Shown: positions 51,681-63,215, counted from the first letter of the whole stretch. The stretch is DNA of 63,215 bases, filler included, from Phoronis australis (GCA_002633005.1; 5 parts of 5 records of this genome joined end to end with filler, not necessarily neighbours in it); one strand, 5' to 3'. Notes: generated by a model from the letters alone, not told the origin. Made by a program: numbers and translations.

Positions 51681-52390
51681 GTACGAAATTTTCCATCGCA
51701 TATTCAGTTGTTGTAGCAAAGATTGTTCCGGTCTGGATTTTGTCATTGCTGTATGTTTGTGAAAAAAATCGTAGAGAACGCAATCATTCTGTTGACACAG
51801 CCCCCGGGTCATCAAGCAGAGCGCATACACTGAATTTTGAATTTTTGACAGTTTTTAAAATTTTTTATTGTCTAAAACTGATTATTCATTTACATGTTCG
51901 TGACAAAATGAAATCGACTTGAAAAGTTAACAGTGGTCATTTTAACCACATTTCAGAAATTTCCTTTCCTTGTAGTGTTGCTTACCAGGCTTGAATGGTA
52001 ACTCAGTATAGGAATATGGAAGCTTTGACAACAAATTGTCCAATAATCACACCACCACATAAAGGACCTTTGTCAAAATGCACAACAGATAAACAGACCC
52101 ACCGGGTTTGGGTCTGTGAAGCACTCACATTTTAAGAAACAAAAGCTCAAATGTTGCAATACACCAACTGAAAAATTAGTTATTTTGGGGTAGAAACTAT
52201 CCTCTGGTGTGTTTTTAGCGTTTTCAGTAAAATTGATTGTCAGTGAAAGGTGATTGAAATTTTCAAACACGGTTGTCTCAGTTCATTATTTCACAGTAGT
52301 GGCAATACGCTCAAGTTTATTCTCAAGTATTTTTGCTCAATTTTGATGAAATCAAATACCGAAATCTAATACAAATGAACTTCAAGTCAG

Positions 52391-52496
52391 AGTCAGAGAT
52401 AGACCTTGTAATGACCGGCCGCCGATCTTTGGCGGCTTTAACTGTTCGGTGATTCCACCGAGGTAGTGAGCTGCTCCAAAGGAGTTGGGTGTCCGA
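52391..52496 (+). pseudogene. 5'-truncated, frameshifted A-type TSR relic
   Basis: VRDRPCNDRPPIFGGFNCS, then a frameshift, then DSTEVVSCSKGVGCP. Confidence 0.75.
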
Positions 52497-53208
52497 GTAT
52501 GACATTTTTGATTGCAATAATCAGTCCTATATCGATCAGTGTTTTGGCTTGCATTGTTTCATTTCTGTTTTAACTTAATCTCGTAAGGAGACAGAAATCG
52601 TCATGTAGAAACATACTCGAAAGTTACAAACTGGCCAAACTGAAACAATTTTGTTTGGTTCCTAAAACCCATGTAAGCAAGTCCATAATACACTGCTATG
52701 TACATGCACATGTAATGGTTAAACATTGTATGTTAGCCCAATAACGCGGGAATTCACAGGACAAGACGAGACAATGAAATCTTGCATCAGGCGACACTGG
52801 GAGTTTTCGCAAGAAACGCTTCCGAATGTCGAACTCACTCTAAAATGGTTTTGTATCTAGCGTACAATTAACATCCAAGACTTTGAACAATGTTGCCAAT
52901 TGCTTCTCATTAATTGAGCTGGTTGTGCAACATACATAATTGGGACAATTATCAAACCAGTCACCAGTTGAATTTTGAGGTAAGCCAAAAATGTCACCGT
53001 GCAGCTCTTGGCATACAGTCGTTTGCTTATCCAGGACCCGCTCTATTGTATGGTAAAGGTTTCAGTGAAATGTGATGAAATCACATGCTAGAGAATGTGT
53101 TGGTGTAGTACACTGTACGTTCTCAAGGAACTTCCGCTATATCAGCTTTGCGTTAACTGTGGGACATCGCAACGGTAACAGAATGGTAGACGAGGCTACG
53201 TTTGTTAG

Positions 53209-53397
53209 AACTATCCATTCCTGTCAATGGAAATTGGTCGAGCTGGTCGTCGTGGGGGACTTGTTCCGTTACGTGTGAAGTTGGCGTGAGCGTACGAGAG
53301 CGGAATTGCAACAATCCCGTGCCAGCGTTTGGAGGCCTCTCGTGTGTTGGAAGAGCTTCAGAGAATCGCACTTGTAGTACACAACAAGTCTGTCTGG
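53209..53397 (+). CDS. TSR exon B7, open frame with a shifted acceptor
   Basis: The ancestral acceptor position (53222-23) reads TG. TTGTTAG at 53202-08 adds 15 nt in phase 1. ELSIPVNGNWSSWSSWGTCSVTCEVG...CSTQQVCL G|GTACGA. Confidence 0.6.
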
Positions 53398-53567
53398 GTA
53401 CGAAATCGAACAAGGTGTTTTCTTACACTGTTTTTTACATTGATCAACCATGCTCCATAATTTGTCTTAAACCACATTGACACTGGTGGTTTGCTTTTGT
53501 CTAAGAAGCATAAAGTGTATGTCATAAGTGTCTTCAACCTTGGAAATCAACCTGATTTGTTACCCGC

Positions 53568-53800
53568 CGAGGCAGTGTGACCACGTGGCATGAGCGTCCG
53601 CTTCCCTTACTGGAGGTCGTGGATTCGAGTCCCGCTGAGGCACACTGCTACACCCTTGAGTCAGATCTCTAGCTACCCAGCTCGGTTTTAACTTATACAT
53701 CGATGGAACATCAAAATGTTCCAGGTGATCAGTACAATGGGTCCACCTGAGCGTCCGTGCACGTCTGGTACAGTGAGTACCAGACGGCCTGTAAAAATAT
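53568..53800 (+). mobile_element. tRNA-derived SINE
   Basis: A-box-like GTGACCACGTGG and B box GATTCGAGTCCC, followed by a CCCTTGAG core-like body and a short A-rich end. 3' boundary approximate. Confidence 0.65.
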
Positions 53801-53896
53801 GTTTTTACCTGGTGAGCTACACTGAGCCAGTGGCATTCTGGGAATGAAAAGGATAATTTAGGCGACTTCTCTGTCAATCAATTTCGCTCTTTCCAG

Positions 53897-54070
53897 TTAA
53901 CGGTCACTGGTCGTCATGGGTATATTCAACCCCATGTGATGTCACTTGTGGCAGCGGAACCCGTGTGAGAGAACGAACGTGTGACGACCCGGCGCCGATG
54001 TTTGGTGGTTCCAACTGTTCGGGTGATTCCGCCGAAGTGGTGAGCTGCACCAATGGAATAGTGTGTCCCG
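53897..54070 (+). CDS. TSR exon A9, intact
   Basis: 174 nt, TTCCAG/GTAGGA. VNGHWSSWVYSTPCDVTCGSGTRVRERTCDDPAPMFGGSNCSGDSAEVVSCTNGIVCP. Confidence 0.88.
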
Positions 54071-54664
54071 GTAGGATGATATAATCCATCATTGTAAACT
54101 ACTGAGGATTTCCAAATCATCGTGAAAATAAAGTTCCCAGGTCATTTCAAAGAGACACTTCTTTCCTTCCTGGAATTTCCTTGTTACCTCAAACCATCGG
54201 TATTTTCCGATACTAAATCTCTTCTTATATTTAGCTATGAAAACGAATAAGCTGATGTACACATGATAGGTGAATACATGTATTTGTATGGTGATATGCG
54301 CGATTCTTGTTCACAAAGATAATGCAAATCCAATGTTGTCCCAAGTACCCTTAACTAGAGCAGTGAACGTCTGGTCAATAGTTCAATGAACATAATAGTT
54401 ACGTAATTCTCACGTTAAAATCGCTTTTAGCGCGTACTAACCCTGTTTTGAAGCATACCCACGCGATCCCATTTTCTTGATCAAGGTCATTCATCCAAAA
54501 GCTGCCGTTGGTGTGTACGCACTCGCAGCTGTTTTTTATTTGTGGACGGTTTCGGCATATTATGCTCCATCTAGTGGCCATTTTATGATACCAATGAGCG
54601 CCCCTATCCATCATATATTTCAACATTTTGCGTTGCTCTTGTCAATTTATTTACCTTTCTCCAT

Positions 54665-54820
54665 TAGCGATCAGTGGTCATCTTGGACATTTTCAAAACT
54701 TCGTGACGTCATCTGTGGCAACGGATCTCTAATCTGTGACAACCTATCACCGAATGTTGGCCGTTCATACTGTCCGGATAGTTCTGGCGGCGTTGTGATG
54801 TGTGCAGCCAGAACCGACAG
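54665..54820 (+). pseudogene. Old degenerate A-type TSR relic
   Basis: DQWSSWTFSKLRDVICGNGSLICDNLSPNVGRSYCPDSSGGVVMC, with the first Cys and the RxR strand lost and no matching donor. Confidence 0.7.
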
Positions 54821-56063
54821 TTCTTTAAAAAAAAACTTTCGCAAGTTTATAACTAATTGTCGCCATACAAATATTTGAGAGCTTCCAAACAGTTGATGTT
54901 TCCGATGATTGTATCGTGGTGTTTGTGTTTTGCGATTAGTCAGCAGCTAGCGCCCATATGACCAAGACCCCGGGGTTTAAATCTCAACTATTTTTTTACT
55001 TTTTCCAATCTCCTTTTGCGCAAGCTCATGACAACACGTACGCTGTGCTCGAACCCTGTATGTGGATTTCTGCTTAATCCCCGTTTGCACTTGATTACTC
55101 CACCATTTCAAAAAAGCTCTTCTACATGTAGTCTAAACTCGAAATGTTTTTACATGCTTGTGGCTCTATTCTAGGGTCATCAAGTGCGAACCTGAACCAG
55201 ACACTCACATGGACATGCTTAGCGGAATAATATACTCTTGTTTTTAGTTCGTAGTAAAATAGAAAGCATATGTCAAACTTAGAGTTCCATTTCGGACACA
55301 AAGGTTGGAGATCATACTGTAGGTTCTGTACACGAAACTATGTTGGGCAGGGTGCTCTTGTACTTGTTATTTTCATGAAGTTGTAGATGAACTTTTCCTA
55401 ACTTACCGGAACGAGTTGTAGGGTTGTAAAGAACTGGCAGTGCGTGAACTGACTAAGCCCAGGCGGTCACTATTTGTCGGTTTTTCGACCATCATAATCT
55501 CGAGAAATATCGAACGGTCAATTCTTTGCAAGACTAAGTAATTACTTCTCAACACAGTAATGAGCAGGTTGAGACCAATTTCGTCGGGGTAGTGTTGTCA
55601 CAGTGTGAGGACCGTGTTCTACCATGCTTGTGTGGATTTTGGGGAGATATGGTAACTGGGGAGATGTAGAGACTTTTGGCGTATTGTAGTCATTGTGGGG
55701 GTGTTGCGAAGTTTGTGGGGTGTTGTGGTGTTTGTGGGGTGTATTAGCACCTACATGTACAATGTATACGTTTCCAGTGCGACGTGTCCGAATCAAAAAC
55801 TATTTCATGTTACGTGTAAGTCCATCGTTATGGAAGCCCTCATTATTTTTAAGACAGTAAAATTGGGGGATGCAGAGCGAGGGAGGAACTGTCAAGGAAG
55901 ACTTGCCACTGGCGGATTTCGATGCTTGAGGCTCCCCGACAAAAATCGCATAGTATGCGTTGCCATTAATTTGGAAGGAAATGCCTTTGTTTCTAGAAAG
56001 TTTTCATTTCGCGTGCTCTGTGACTCTCGGCATGGCCAATTGCCTCTTTACTCTCTTTTTAAG

Positions 56064-56246
56064 CTGGTGGCGAAGATACTGGTAATATGTGGTCCAAGTG
56101 GAGTCACTGGTCTGCGTGCTCGGCCACGTGCGGTCTTACTTACCGCTCGAGGACACGTGTGTGTAATGCTCCTACGGGGTTGGGTGTCGATTGCAATGGA
56201 TCTGATCTGGACTATGAAGTGTGCACATTACAACGCTGTTCAGCAA
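56064..56246 (+). CDS. TSR exon C1 (divergent type), intact
   Basis: 183 nt, phase 1-1, TTTTAAG/GTAAAT. WSKWSHWSACSATCGLTYRSRTRVCNAPTGLGVDCNGSDLDYEVCTLQRC. Not in the ORF track in this frame. Confidence 0.85.
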
Positions 56247-57257
56247 GTAAATGACGAGTACATATTTCGAGTTCTATAGTAGCAATGTTCACTTTATTTC
56301 TTCGGCAGGTTGTCATGCTACTTAACCCTGTCAAAATGCAATTAGTGTTAATCGGTCAATCTTGTTTCTTACTGAACTGAAATGATATCTAGATTAAGAA
56401 CAACTGGGTCGTTGTTTCTTCAGCTTTTTTATTAATTAGCAGCAAACACTGGATTTACCAAACCTAGTTTTGACAGGTGAATAGTGTAATCGTTTACAAC
56501 GTTTTAACAATATGTTTAATAGATTCCGGTGGAAAAGTGACCGAAATAGAACCGCAATCTGTAACCTTCATTTTATATTTGTACATGTAACAGGAATAGG
56601 TGGATTTCCCAGAATTCTGACTAGTAAGTGCTTGAGATGGTGGAAGGATCTATAGCATTGCAAGAGATCAATATTCATGATGGAGTGGAGAATCTCTTAA
56701 AAACTTGCGTTACCGATATGGTTTTACGATTTTCATAATAGAATGTGTTCTACATCTACATGTATTACTACCCGAACCCCAATTAAAAAACGCGATTCTC
56801 TGGGCAAAAAATCTATCTGTATAGTGTTGTTCTGAAATCAGGGTTTTGTCCATTTTGCTATCGGAGACAATGCCGACCACGTTCCGCATATAAATAATTT
56901 TGTTTTAAAGTGCATCAGACTGTCTCAAACTGTACGTAAACTTTAATCAAACCTGAGGGAAGTTCTTGAGACGAGACTCAAAACCCGGGCTGTACAAGGT
57001 TCCTCCCCATTTCGAAGTTTATCTACTGAAGTATTCATTTAAAACCATTCTTGATATTTTCTTTATTTTACTTTTTTTCGCCATCTCCAGTTCTAAGGAA
57101 TAATAGCTAACTCAATGAGCAGTCTCTCAGTAAGTGATTTGCTATATTTACCAATGTCATTGAGAGACAATGGCCTGAGCCTATTTTCCCGAATGAACAG
57201 TGTCATGTTTGTTCAGTCATAAGGATACATAATCCCCAATATTTAATTGATTTCCAG

Positions 57258-57437
57258 CGAAAGATGTGAAGACTCAAAATGTAGACTGGTCAGTGTGGTC
57301 TGAATGGACTAGCTGCAGCGTCACGTGCGGTAATGGGATAAAATGGCGGAGGCGGATATGTCCTAGAAATGACGGCCAGCCGTGTCGGGGACATAGCAAC
57401 GAAACTCAAGACTGCTCGAACAGGGAGTGTGTTATAG
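57258..57437 (+). CDS. TSR exon C2 (divergent type), intact
   Basis: 180 nt, phase 1-1. WSVWSEWTSCSVTCGNGIKWRRRICPRNDGQPCRGHSNETQDCSNRECVI. Confidence 0.87.
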
Positions 57438-59199
57438 GTTTGTATCAGCCATGACCAATTTTCCAGTCAAAGAAGATGTGCCGGATTCAAAGTTCTCTCG
57501 GAATCCTAAACGATAAGAAGTACTTTGATCCCGGTAATGTTAACTGGCCCTTCCCGGTTGCTGTAATATTTTCATCGCCTGTCTTCACAATTATTCCAAC
57601 ACGGTCGCCCTTGGAGATACACCTGTACCACCTTACATCACAATCTTTTAATGTAGGTATGCACTCTACTTTACACGTGTGTGGCTGAGTTAAGAAAATA
57701 TGTTAAAGGCTCGTTGTTTCTTCTTTGTTATCGATTGAAACCAGAACATTGGCCCTTTTTCCGGTTTTTGGTTTGTGGAATATGTGCCACTAAATCGCTG
57801 GAAATGTACATGTGGGCGTGAATTCGCTGCTTCCATTGGTTTGTTTTAATATGCTTTGAATATCCACCTTCCACATGCGATTGTGATGTAACTTATCCAC
57901 CTCATAAATATCGATAAACTCAGCAAAGCCATTACCAAAAGCATAGAACTGCAGAACTGGAATGCCAAGTTCGATTTCTCGCGGCTGAGGTTGCGTCGCG
58001 CATGCGTGGGAGTTTGTTTCGGTGTTGCTTCTTGCTATGGCTTTATAGGGCTTAGGGTTGAATATTTGTTTAGTGCAAAAGAATTAAATTTAGATGTGTT
58101 GTAATCGAACTCTTCTTCCTGAAAAAATCTTCTATATATTTTTAATATTTTGCTGTCTAAAGGCCCCAAACATTGTCAAACAAAGGATCATCTGCTTGCG
58201 ATTTTGCGATTCGGGAAGCCGCGGGTCTAAGACAAAGCGCAAGGATCACCAAAACGAGCAAAAACGTCCAGCTTAGTGGTAGACATGACGCCAAAAGGCG
58301 TAGAATGGGAATTTGTGGTAACGTAGTTCACAGACCAAGTCGGTTTTTCATTTTTAGATGAACGGGAAAATAGGGCTATCTTGCCTGGTACAATGTATAT
58401 ATTACAATAGTATACCATGATATGTCAACACGAGTAGTTTTTGAAAGTTACGTAAACACATCTGTTACTAGGGCCTAAACGTTTTATTTAAAATGGCACA
58501 AAACCACTCAGACCCCAAGTGCCACTTCTTTTCCCCAAATTCTGTAAAATGGTTTTAACAACCAAAAATGCCCGATTAAAAAACTCTAACTTGAATGGTT
58601 GTCAAAGTGGCTCTAACACTGAAGCTGAAAAGGTGTCACAACCCCAGACACAGTGTTTCCGGTATCCACAGACTGGTACATGTAAAGAATGACCAGGGTA
58701 ATTGTCGGATATCTTGACTAATTTTTCCTGGAAAGCACTGGTCGCCTGGAAACGTGCCTCAAGAGTCCCACTTGATAATTCCACTGTGAACTGGAATGAC
58801 GAAATTTGCTTTTGTATTGAAGAATTTTTCTGTGTATGAAGCCTGGTCTGCTAGGGGATCTCGGTCAACCTATGTAGAGATTTACCAGGAGATTCTGTGC
58901 AGCGGAAGGCACTGAGGAACACAGTTGATACGAGTGCTTGTGACTAGATTTGAGAAGTTTAAAAGAGTGAAATACATGTAGCTTCCTATTCCTATAGAAA
59001 GTAATATATCCGGTCCCACGTGATCAGCCGTTAATTGAGAATATGAAAGCATCCTGTCAGAAGCTTTATCAGATTTTCGTCCTCTACGGAGGACATGTGG
59101 AGGAAATGAAGATGATAAAGACAGCTTTCAGTATAAATTTCATCAGTACAAGACAAGTATTGTATTGTTGCTTATGTTTTTCCACGACTTCTTAGTAGA

Positions 59200-59650
59200 C
59201 CCAAAATATACAGCATATAAGTTAATAAAAACGACGAGGGATTTAAACCAGCTTGACATGTTTCGGGGTTTATTAAGACACCATCAACAGAAGAAAAAAC
59301 AGTGGCCACCTTTCTAGGCCCAACAACAAGTAATGATACACAGACACAGTCAATTACATGGAAGTAACAATAGACTAGCCTAATAACGACAACCTTTGGT
59401 GAGCCAGTTGGATATTGAGACTAGGCCTGCACCAATCCAGCTTGACTTTGAAACAGTTGCAGTGAGTTCAAAATGTTGCTTCATTCACATTGGGTTCCAG
59501 TCTTTGTTTAATAGCAAGACTATCAACTTTTTCTTTGGCAAAATCACTATAAACCTTTGATATCTAAATTTTGGAACTGATCTCAATGCTAATGAACTGG
59601 TTCAAATATGACACTCTCCATGTTAACCATTCAAACTACAGGTGACCACG
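59200..59650 (-). mobile_element. Degenerate Penelope-like element 3' region
   Basis: Decayed GIY-YIG C-terminal-like peptide KVDSLAIKQRLEPNVNE.../SLQLF, followed by a minimal hammerhead motif. Boundaries approximate. Confidence 0.5.
59252..59293 (-). ncRNA. Minimal type I hammerhead ribozyme-like motif with a core substitution
   Basis: CTT-CTGTTGA-TGGTGT cttaataa ACCCC-GAAAC-AT-GTC-AAG has stems I, II and III and a GUC cleavage triplet, but CUGUUGA instead of CUGANGA. Confidence 0.6.
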
Positions 59651-59788
59651 TTTACTCTTAATCCCATACCATAACTCGTCAGTCTACATGTACATGAACA
59701 ATTAGTTGGACCACTTTTAAGTAAAAAATGATATTTACTCTAATGATACTAGAATGTGGATTAACGCTTATCACCCAGACAATGTANC

Positions 59789-59910
59789 TTGTGGTTAGTG
59801 AAATACCCGGTATTGCTTTACTTGTGGTTAGTGAAATACCCGGCATCGCTTCCTTATTAGTAAATTATCTGCTTTCGCTTTACTTGTTGTCTGTGAAATA
59901 TTCGGTATCT
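59789..59910. repeat. 33-bp minisatellite upstream of exon D1
   Basis: TTGTGGTTAGTGAAATACCCGGTATTGCTTTAC units. Confidence 0.8.
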
Positions 59911-60072
59911 CGTAACTTGTAAGTTTGTCAAAAGTACTTGCTCTTTGGTAACATGTAATAACATGCCTGTTTCTGTAAGTGCAAGTACGGATAACCATTC
60001 TCTTCCACCTGTTTGTGTTTACGTTTATGCTTTAGAATGGAAGAATTTTGAAAATAAAAAGCCTTTCTGTAG

Positions 60073-60243
60073 ATGGTGCCTGGTCTGCTTGGGGCTCTTG
60101 GTCGTCCTGTGCACAAACTTGCGGTAACAGCACCCATGAACGAAGCAGACGATGCAACAATCCTAGTCCAGCTCATGGTGGATCGTCTTGTAAAGGACGA
60201 ACAAAAGATTACAAAGTATGCACTTACTCTGCTTGTCCCCGAG
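60073..60243 (+). CDS. TSR exon D1, intact
   Basis: CTGTAG/GTAATC, 171 nt, phase 1-1. DGAWSAWGSWSSCAQTCGNSTHERSRRCNNPSPAHGGSSCKGRTKDYKVCTYSACPR. Confidence 0.85.
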
Positions 60244-61007
60244 GTAATCGCGCTTTGTGTCACTTATATTTTTTAAATGAGCATGCGCGGTAGCCAATAT
60301 TAGTCAATTCAGTTTGCTTGATAAGTCACACTTATTAAATCCCATATCATGTACTGCAGATACGCCAGGGTTGAGAACGTGGGCATTTAGTAGTTGGCGA
60401 GACAGGGCTCGCTTGCAGACATCTGCGGCCACCTTGAAATAGATGACTTCATTTGTTGTATATTGACGAAGAAGTTGTAAACCTATCATAGCTTTTTCAC
60501 ATACTTGTCTCAAGAGTGCTTCGCATTAGTATACACACGATACTTCAAAAATACGTCGCGAAGAGCAAATGAATTGTTGTCTTTTTGTTTGTATTCACCC
60601 GCGAACATGAACATATCGGGCCAGGATGAACTAAGATCCGTTGACACAGTGGATTCATACTGTTCTGGTTCGTGGACAAGGCAACAGTTGGTCACATGAT
60701 ATCTAGGAGGACTTTTTAATCATAGTATCAAAGCCTTGATTGTTCATTGTTTACCACACTTTTCGGTTTAGAAAAGTAGAAAACTGCCGTCCGCGCATGT
60801 GAAATTAAACAGATAACGTAAAATGGGCAGAAGATCAGAGAATGACATCATTGTGTATCTTAAAAGAAGATAATGACACAAACATCATCTTCAAAAGTTC
60901 AACTTATAATGAATCGAATACCGTACCACTGGTGACCTCGATGACTGGCTTAGTGCCCATGCTCCTTGTGAAATGCCGATAGCGTAGCAAGTTATGAAGT
61001 CATCGAT

Positions 61008-61232
61008 AGTATCCGGCATCGCTTTACTTGTTGTTAGTGAAATATCTGGTATCGTTCTACTTGTTTTTAGTGAAATAGCCGGTATCACTTTATTCGTTGT
61101 TAATAAAATATCCGATATTGCTTTACTTGTTTTTGATGAAATGTCCCGTAGCGCGTTATTATTGTTAGTGAAATATACACTGTACGGTATCGCTCTACTG
61201 GTTGTTAGTAAAATACTAGGTGTAGTTTTACA
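61008..61232. repeat. 33-bp minisatellite (same unit as 59789) upstream of exon D2, about 6.5 copies
   Basis: TTGTTAGTGAAATATCCGGTATCGCTTTAC-like units, which explain ORF 60994..61269. Confidence 0.85.
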
Positions 61233-61429
61233 AGTCCAGTCTTTTAAAGCTGTTATAACTCCGTGTTGAGCCAGAAAAATGATTTTCTTTGATTAAAATC
61301 AATTTCGGTATTTAATATGGGCTATACTCGGATAAAAGATAATTTTTGGGCTTGGAAAGAGCTCACAATTCGTCATTGCTTAAGGACATGCTTGACGTAC
61401 AAAACGTTCCTACGTGACAAGCCTACTCA

Positions 61430-61687
61430 TTGAGTAGGGTCTGTTTCATAAAAAGTAAGTCAAAACTTAAGTCATAAATTCGGGGTACCTAGCAAATTGT
61501 CCAAAATAGCTAACTTTTACGTTAACAAAACCAAAAAAGTATCAGAGAACTAGTTACCTTGAGAAAATTTTTGTAATTTCTACGCTGTAGTGTACTAATA
61601 ATTATCACTAAAATTAAATTCAGTTAATATTTGAAGTTAGTGCGGAAGACCAAATTCTGGAGTTAAGTTTGAAACAGACCACTCAAC
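61430..61687. mobile_element. MITE with short TIRs, Harbinger-like
   Basis: GGTCTGTTTCA...TGAAACAGACC inverted ends. Confidence 0.5.
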
Positions 61688-61904
61688 CAATTGTGTTCTG
61701 TCAGCTCTTTCCAACCTCGAAAATCATCTCTTACCTGAGGAAAGAATAACTTAATTTACAACCACTTTTATCACCGAAGGCAATCTGTATCAAAAGTTAA
61801 TTGTTTTTGCCAATAAATAAAAAAATGAATGTTTGAGTGGTTGCCTCTCCATGTTTCTATGAATGCTTTTACGTTTCAATAAAACTATTCTCAAAATGCT
61901 TTAG

Positions 61905-62078
61905 TTGATGGTAACTGGTCTGATTGGGGATCTTGGTCGACGTGTGCACTGACTTGCGGTTCTAGCACCCAGGAACGAAGCAGACGATGCGACAATCCTA
62001 GTCCAGCTAATGGCGGGTCGAATTGCGACGGACGAAAAATTGACTACAAAGTTTGCGATAACCTTCCGTGTTTTCAGG
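61905..62078 (+). CDS. TSR exon D2, intact
   Basis: 174 nt, TTTAG/GTAACT. VDGNWSDWGSWSTCALTCGSSTQERSRRCDNPSPANGGSNCDGRKIDYKVCDNLPCFQ. Confidence 0.88.
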
Positions 62079-63215
62079 GTAACTCCTTTTCGTCTCTTAT
62101 GTTATTTACGTTTAGGGTGTGAAGTACTTAACAAGTGGCGCGGAAATGCTTCTAGGAGTGATGGAATACCTGGTTTGAAGGCGGAAATTTAATCACTAGC
62201 TAGAGGAGCTGATCCGTTAACAACCGCGTACACCGTGTCTTAAAAGGATACTTAGCCCTGTTTTGACAATTTTAACGGGTCTTCGTTCTGTCACCTGCTA
62301 ATGCATCATTGGCGTCAATCTTCCAAGTTAAAGACAGGAATCAACTGAAAATCATGCTCCATATGGGCATTATGGACCTTGGTGGGTGGTCTTTCCTCAC
62401 ATTTATCGTGTAATTCGCTAAACGTATAGGTCATCCTTGCCCGTTTAGCTGACTTTGAAAGAAGTTTTTAAATTTTCCTGTAACCTTTGAAGGTTGTCGA
62501 GGATTACACAGCATTGTTTTCTTTCATAGAACTGAACAGAAAAGTCGGTTTTAGTATCTATTTATACATGTATGCCAAAACCGGTGTTGGTACCCATTAA
62601 AGAAACTCAATGACTTCATTTCTCATGTATTTTTGACAACTTTGTCAGTTTCCTTCAATTTTTCCAAAAATATCAGAACACCCTTAGTTTGAAATACGTC
62701 GCGTACAGCAAATGAATTTCGATGTTTTTTGCTTTAACCTGCAAACCAACCCCATCCCTAATTACAGGATGGCAAAATTTAAGATAAGACCAACTTCGTG
62801 ATTAACACCAATGACCACTAAGTAATATGTACCTTCTCGAAAGAAAAGTGATATCTGGGTTTGGAAAGAAGTAACGATTCGCAATTGCTTGAAAACATGC
62901 TCGCCGGATAAAATGTTACGCCGTGGCGTCGCCAACTTGTAGAAGTCAGAAATTTCGTATATTTCTTTATCTCACCTCAGCAAAAGACAGGGGCACAGAA
63001 AATTCATCCATTATAATTGACACAGCTAGTTTTCGTAAATTATTTCTGAACTGTGAAAGGCTAACAATATAGTCATATACGGTAATTACGTTCATTCAGC
63101 TGCAGTGGTAGAGAAAGTCAATGTTTCTGACTTTTTCTCTAGTGTTTATAAACGTTTTACAGTGGCGGATCTAGGATATCACAAGGGGGTGCCCAACTTT
63201 TTGCCAGGCTGTAAG

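Noticed and set aside
53568-53645. Functional tRNA gene (also 29607-29676)
   Set aside because: Pol III boxes are present but the cloverleaf pairing is poor and there is no immediate T-run terminator, so a SINE head fits better.
38872-54120. Family of similar minus-strand ORFs (LPGQ...ESPEQLEPPN.GAGSSQ...PLPQVTSHG)
   Set aside because: They are antisense shadows of the plus-strand TSR exons, which have the splice signals and the domain motif.

Overview
This is AT-rich, intron-rich animal genomic DNA, probably from an invertebrate (inference). It is not one contiguous locus: five contigs are joined by an artificial 100-nt spacer (44N-TTAATTAATTAA-44N) at 25231, 29747, 33756 and 37749. Contig 1 (1-25230) carries one minus-strand Ig V-type exon resembling Turtle/IGSF9, a long TE-rich region (Kolobok-like, Harbinger-like and mariner-like MITEs, a CR1-like LINE 3' end, minisatellites) and a promoter-like end. 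Contig 2 carries a THAP-domain relic, an RTEX-like LINE end and the last exon of a beta-1,4-galactosyltransferase-family gene. Contig 3 has two Rae1 exons and a hAT-like element with a 5-bp target-site duplication (TSD). Contig 4 has four exons from the Nup96 part of Nup98-96. Contig 5 (37849-63215) is a plus-strand array of about 24 phase-1/phase-1 thrombospondin type-1 repeat (TSR) exons or exon relics, mostly 174 nt, built largely from a tandemly duplicated A-B cassette of about 0.86 kb. The nine full-length A exons are intact, whereas 7 of 8 B exons have stops, frameshifts or lost splice sites. One intron holds two different foldback elements back-to-back in the same TA, one containing a DIRS/Ngaro gag-like relic. 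A Penelope-like relic with a minimal hammerhead ribozyme lies near 59.3 kb. Gene and family calls come from recalled motifs, not from database searches.
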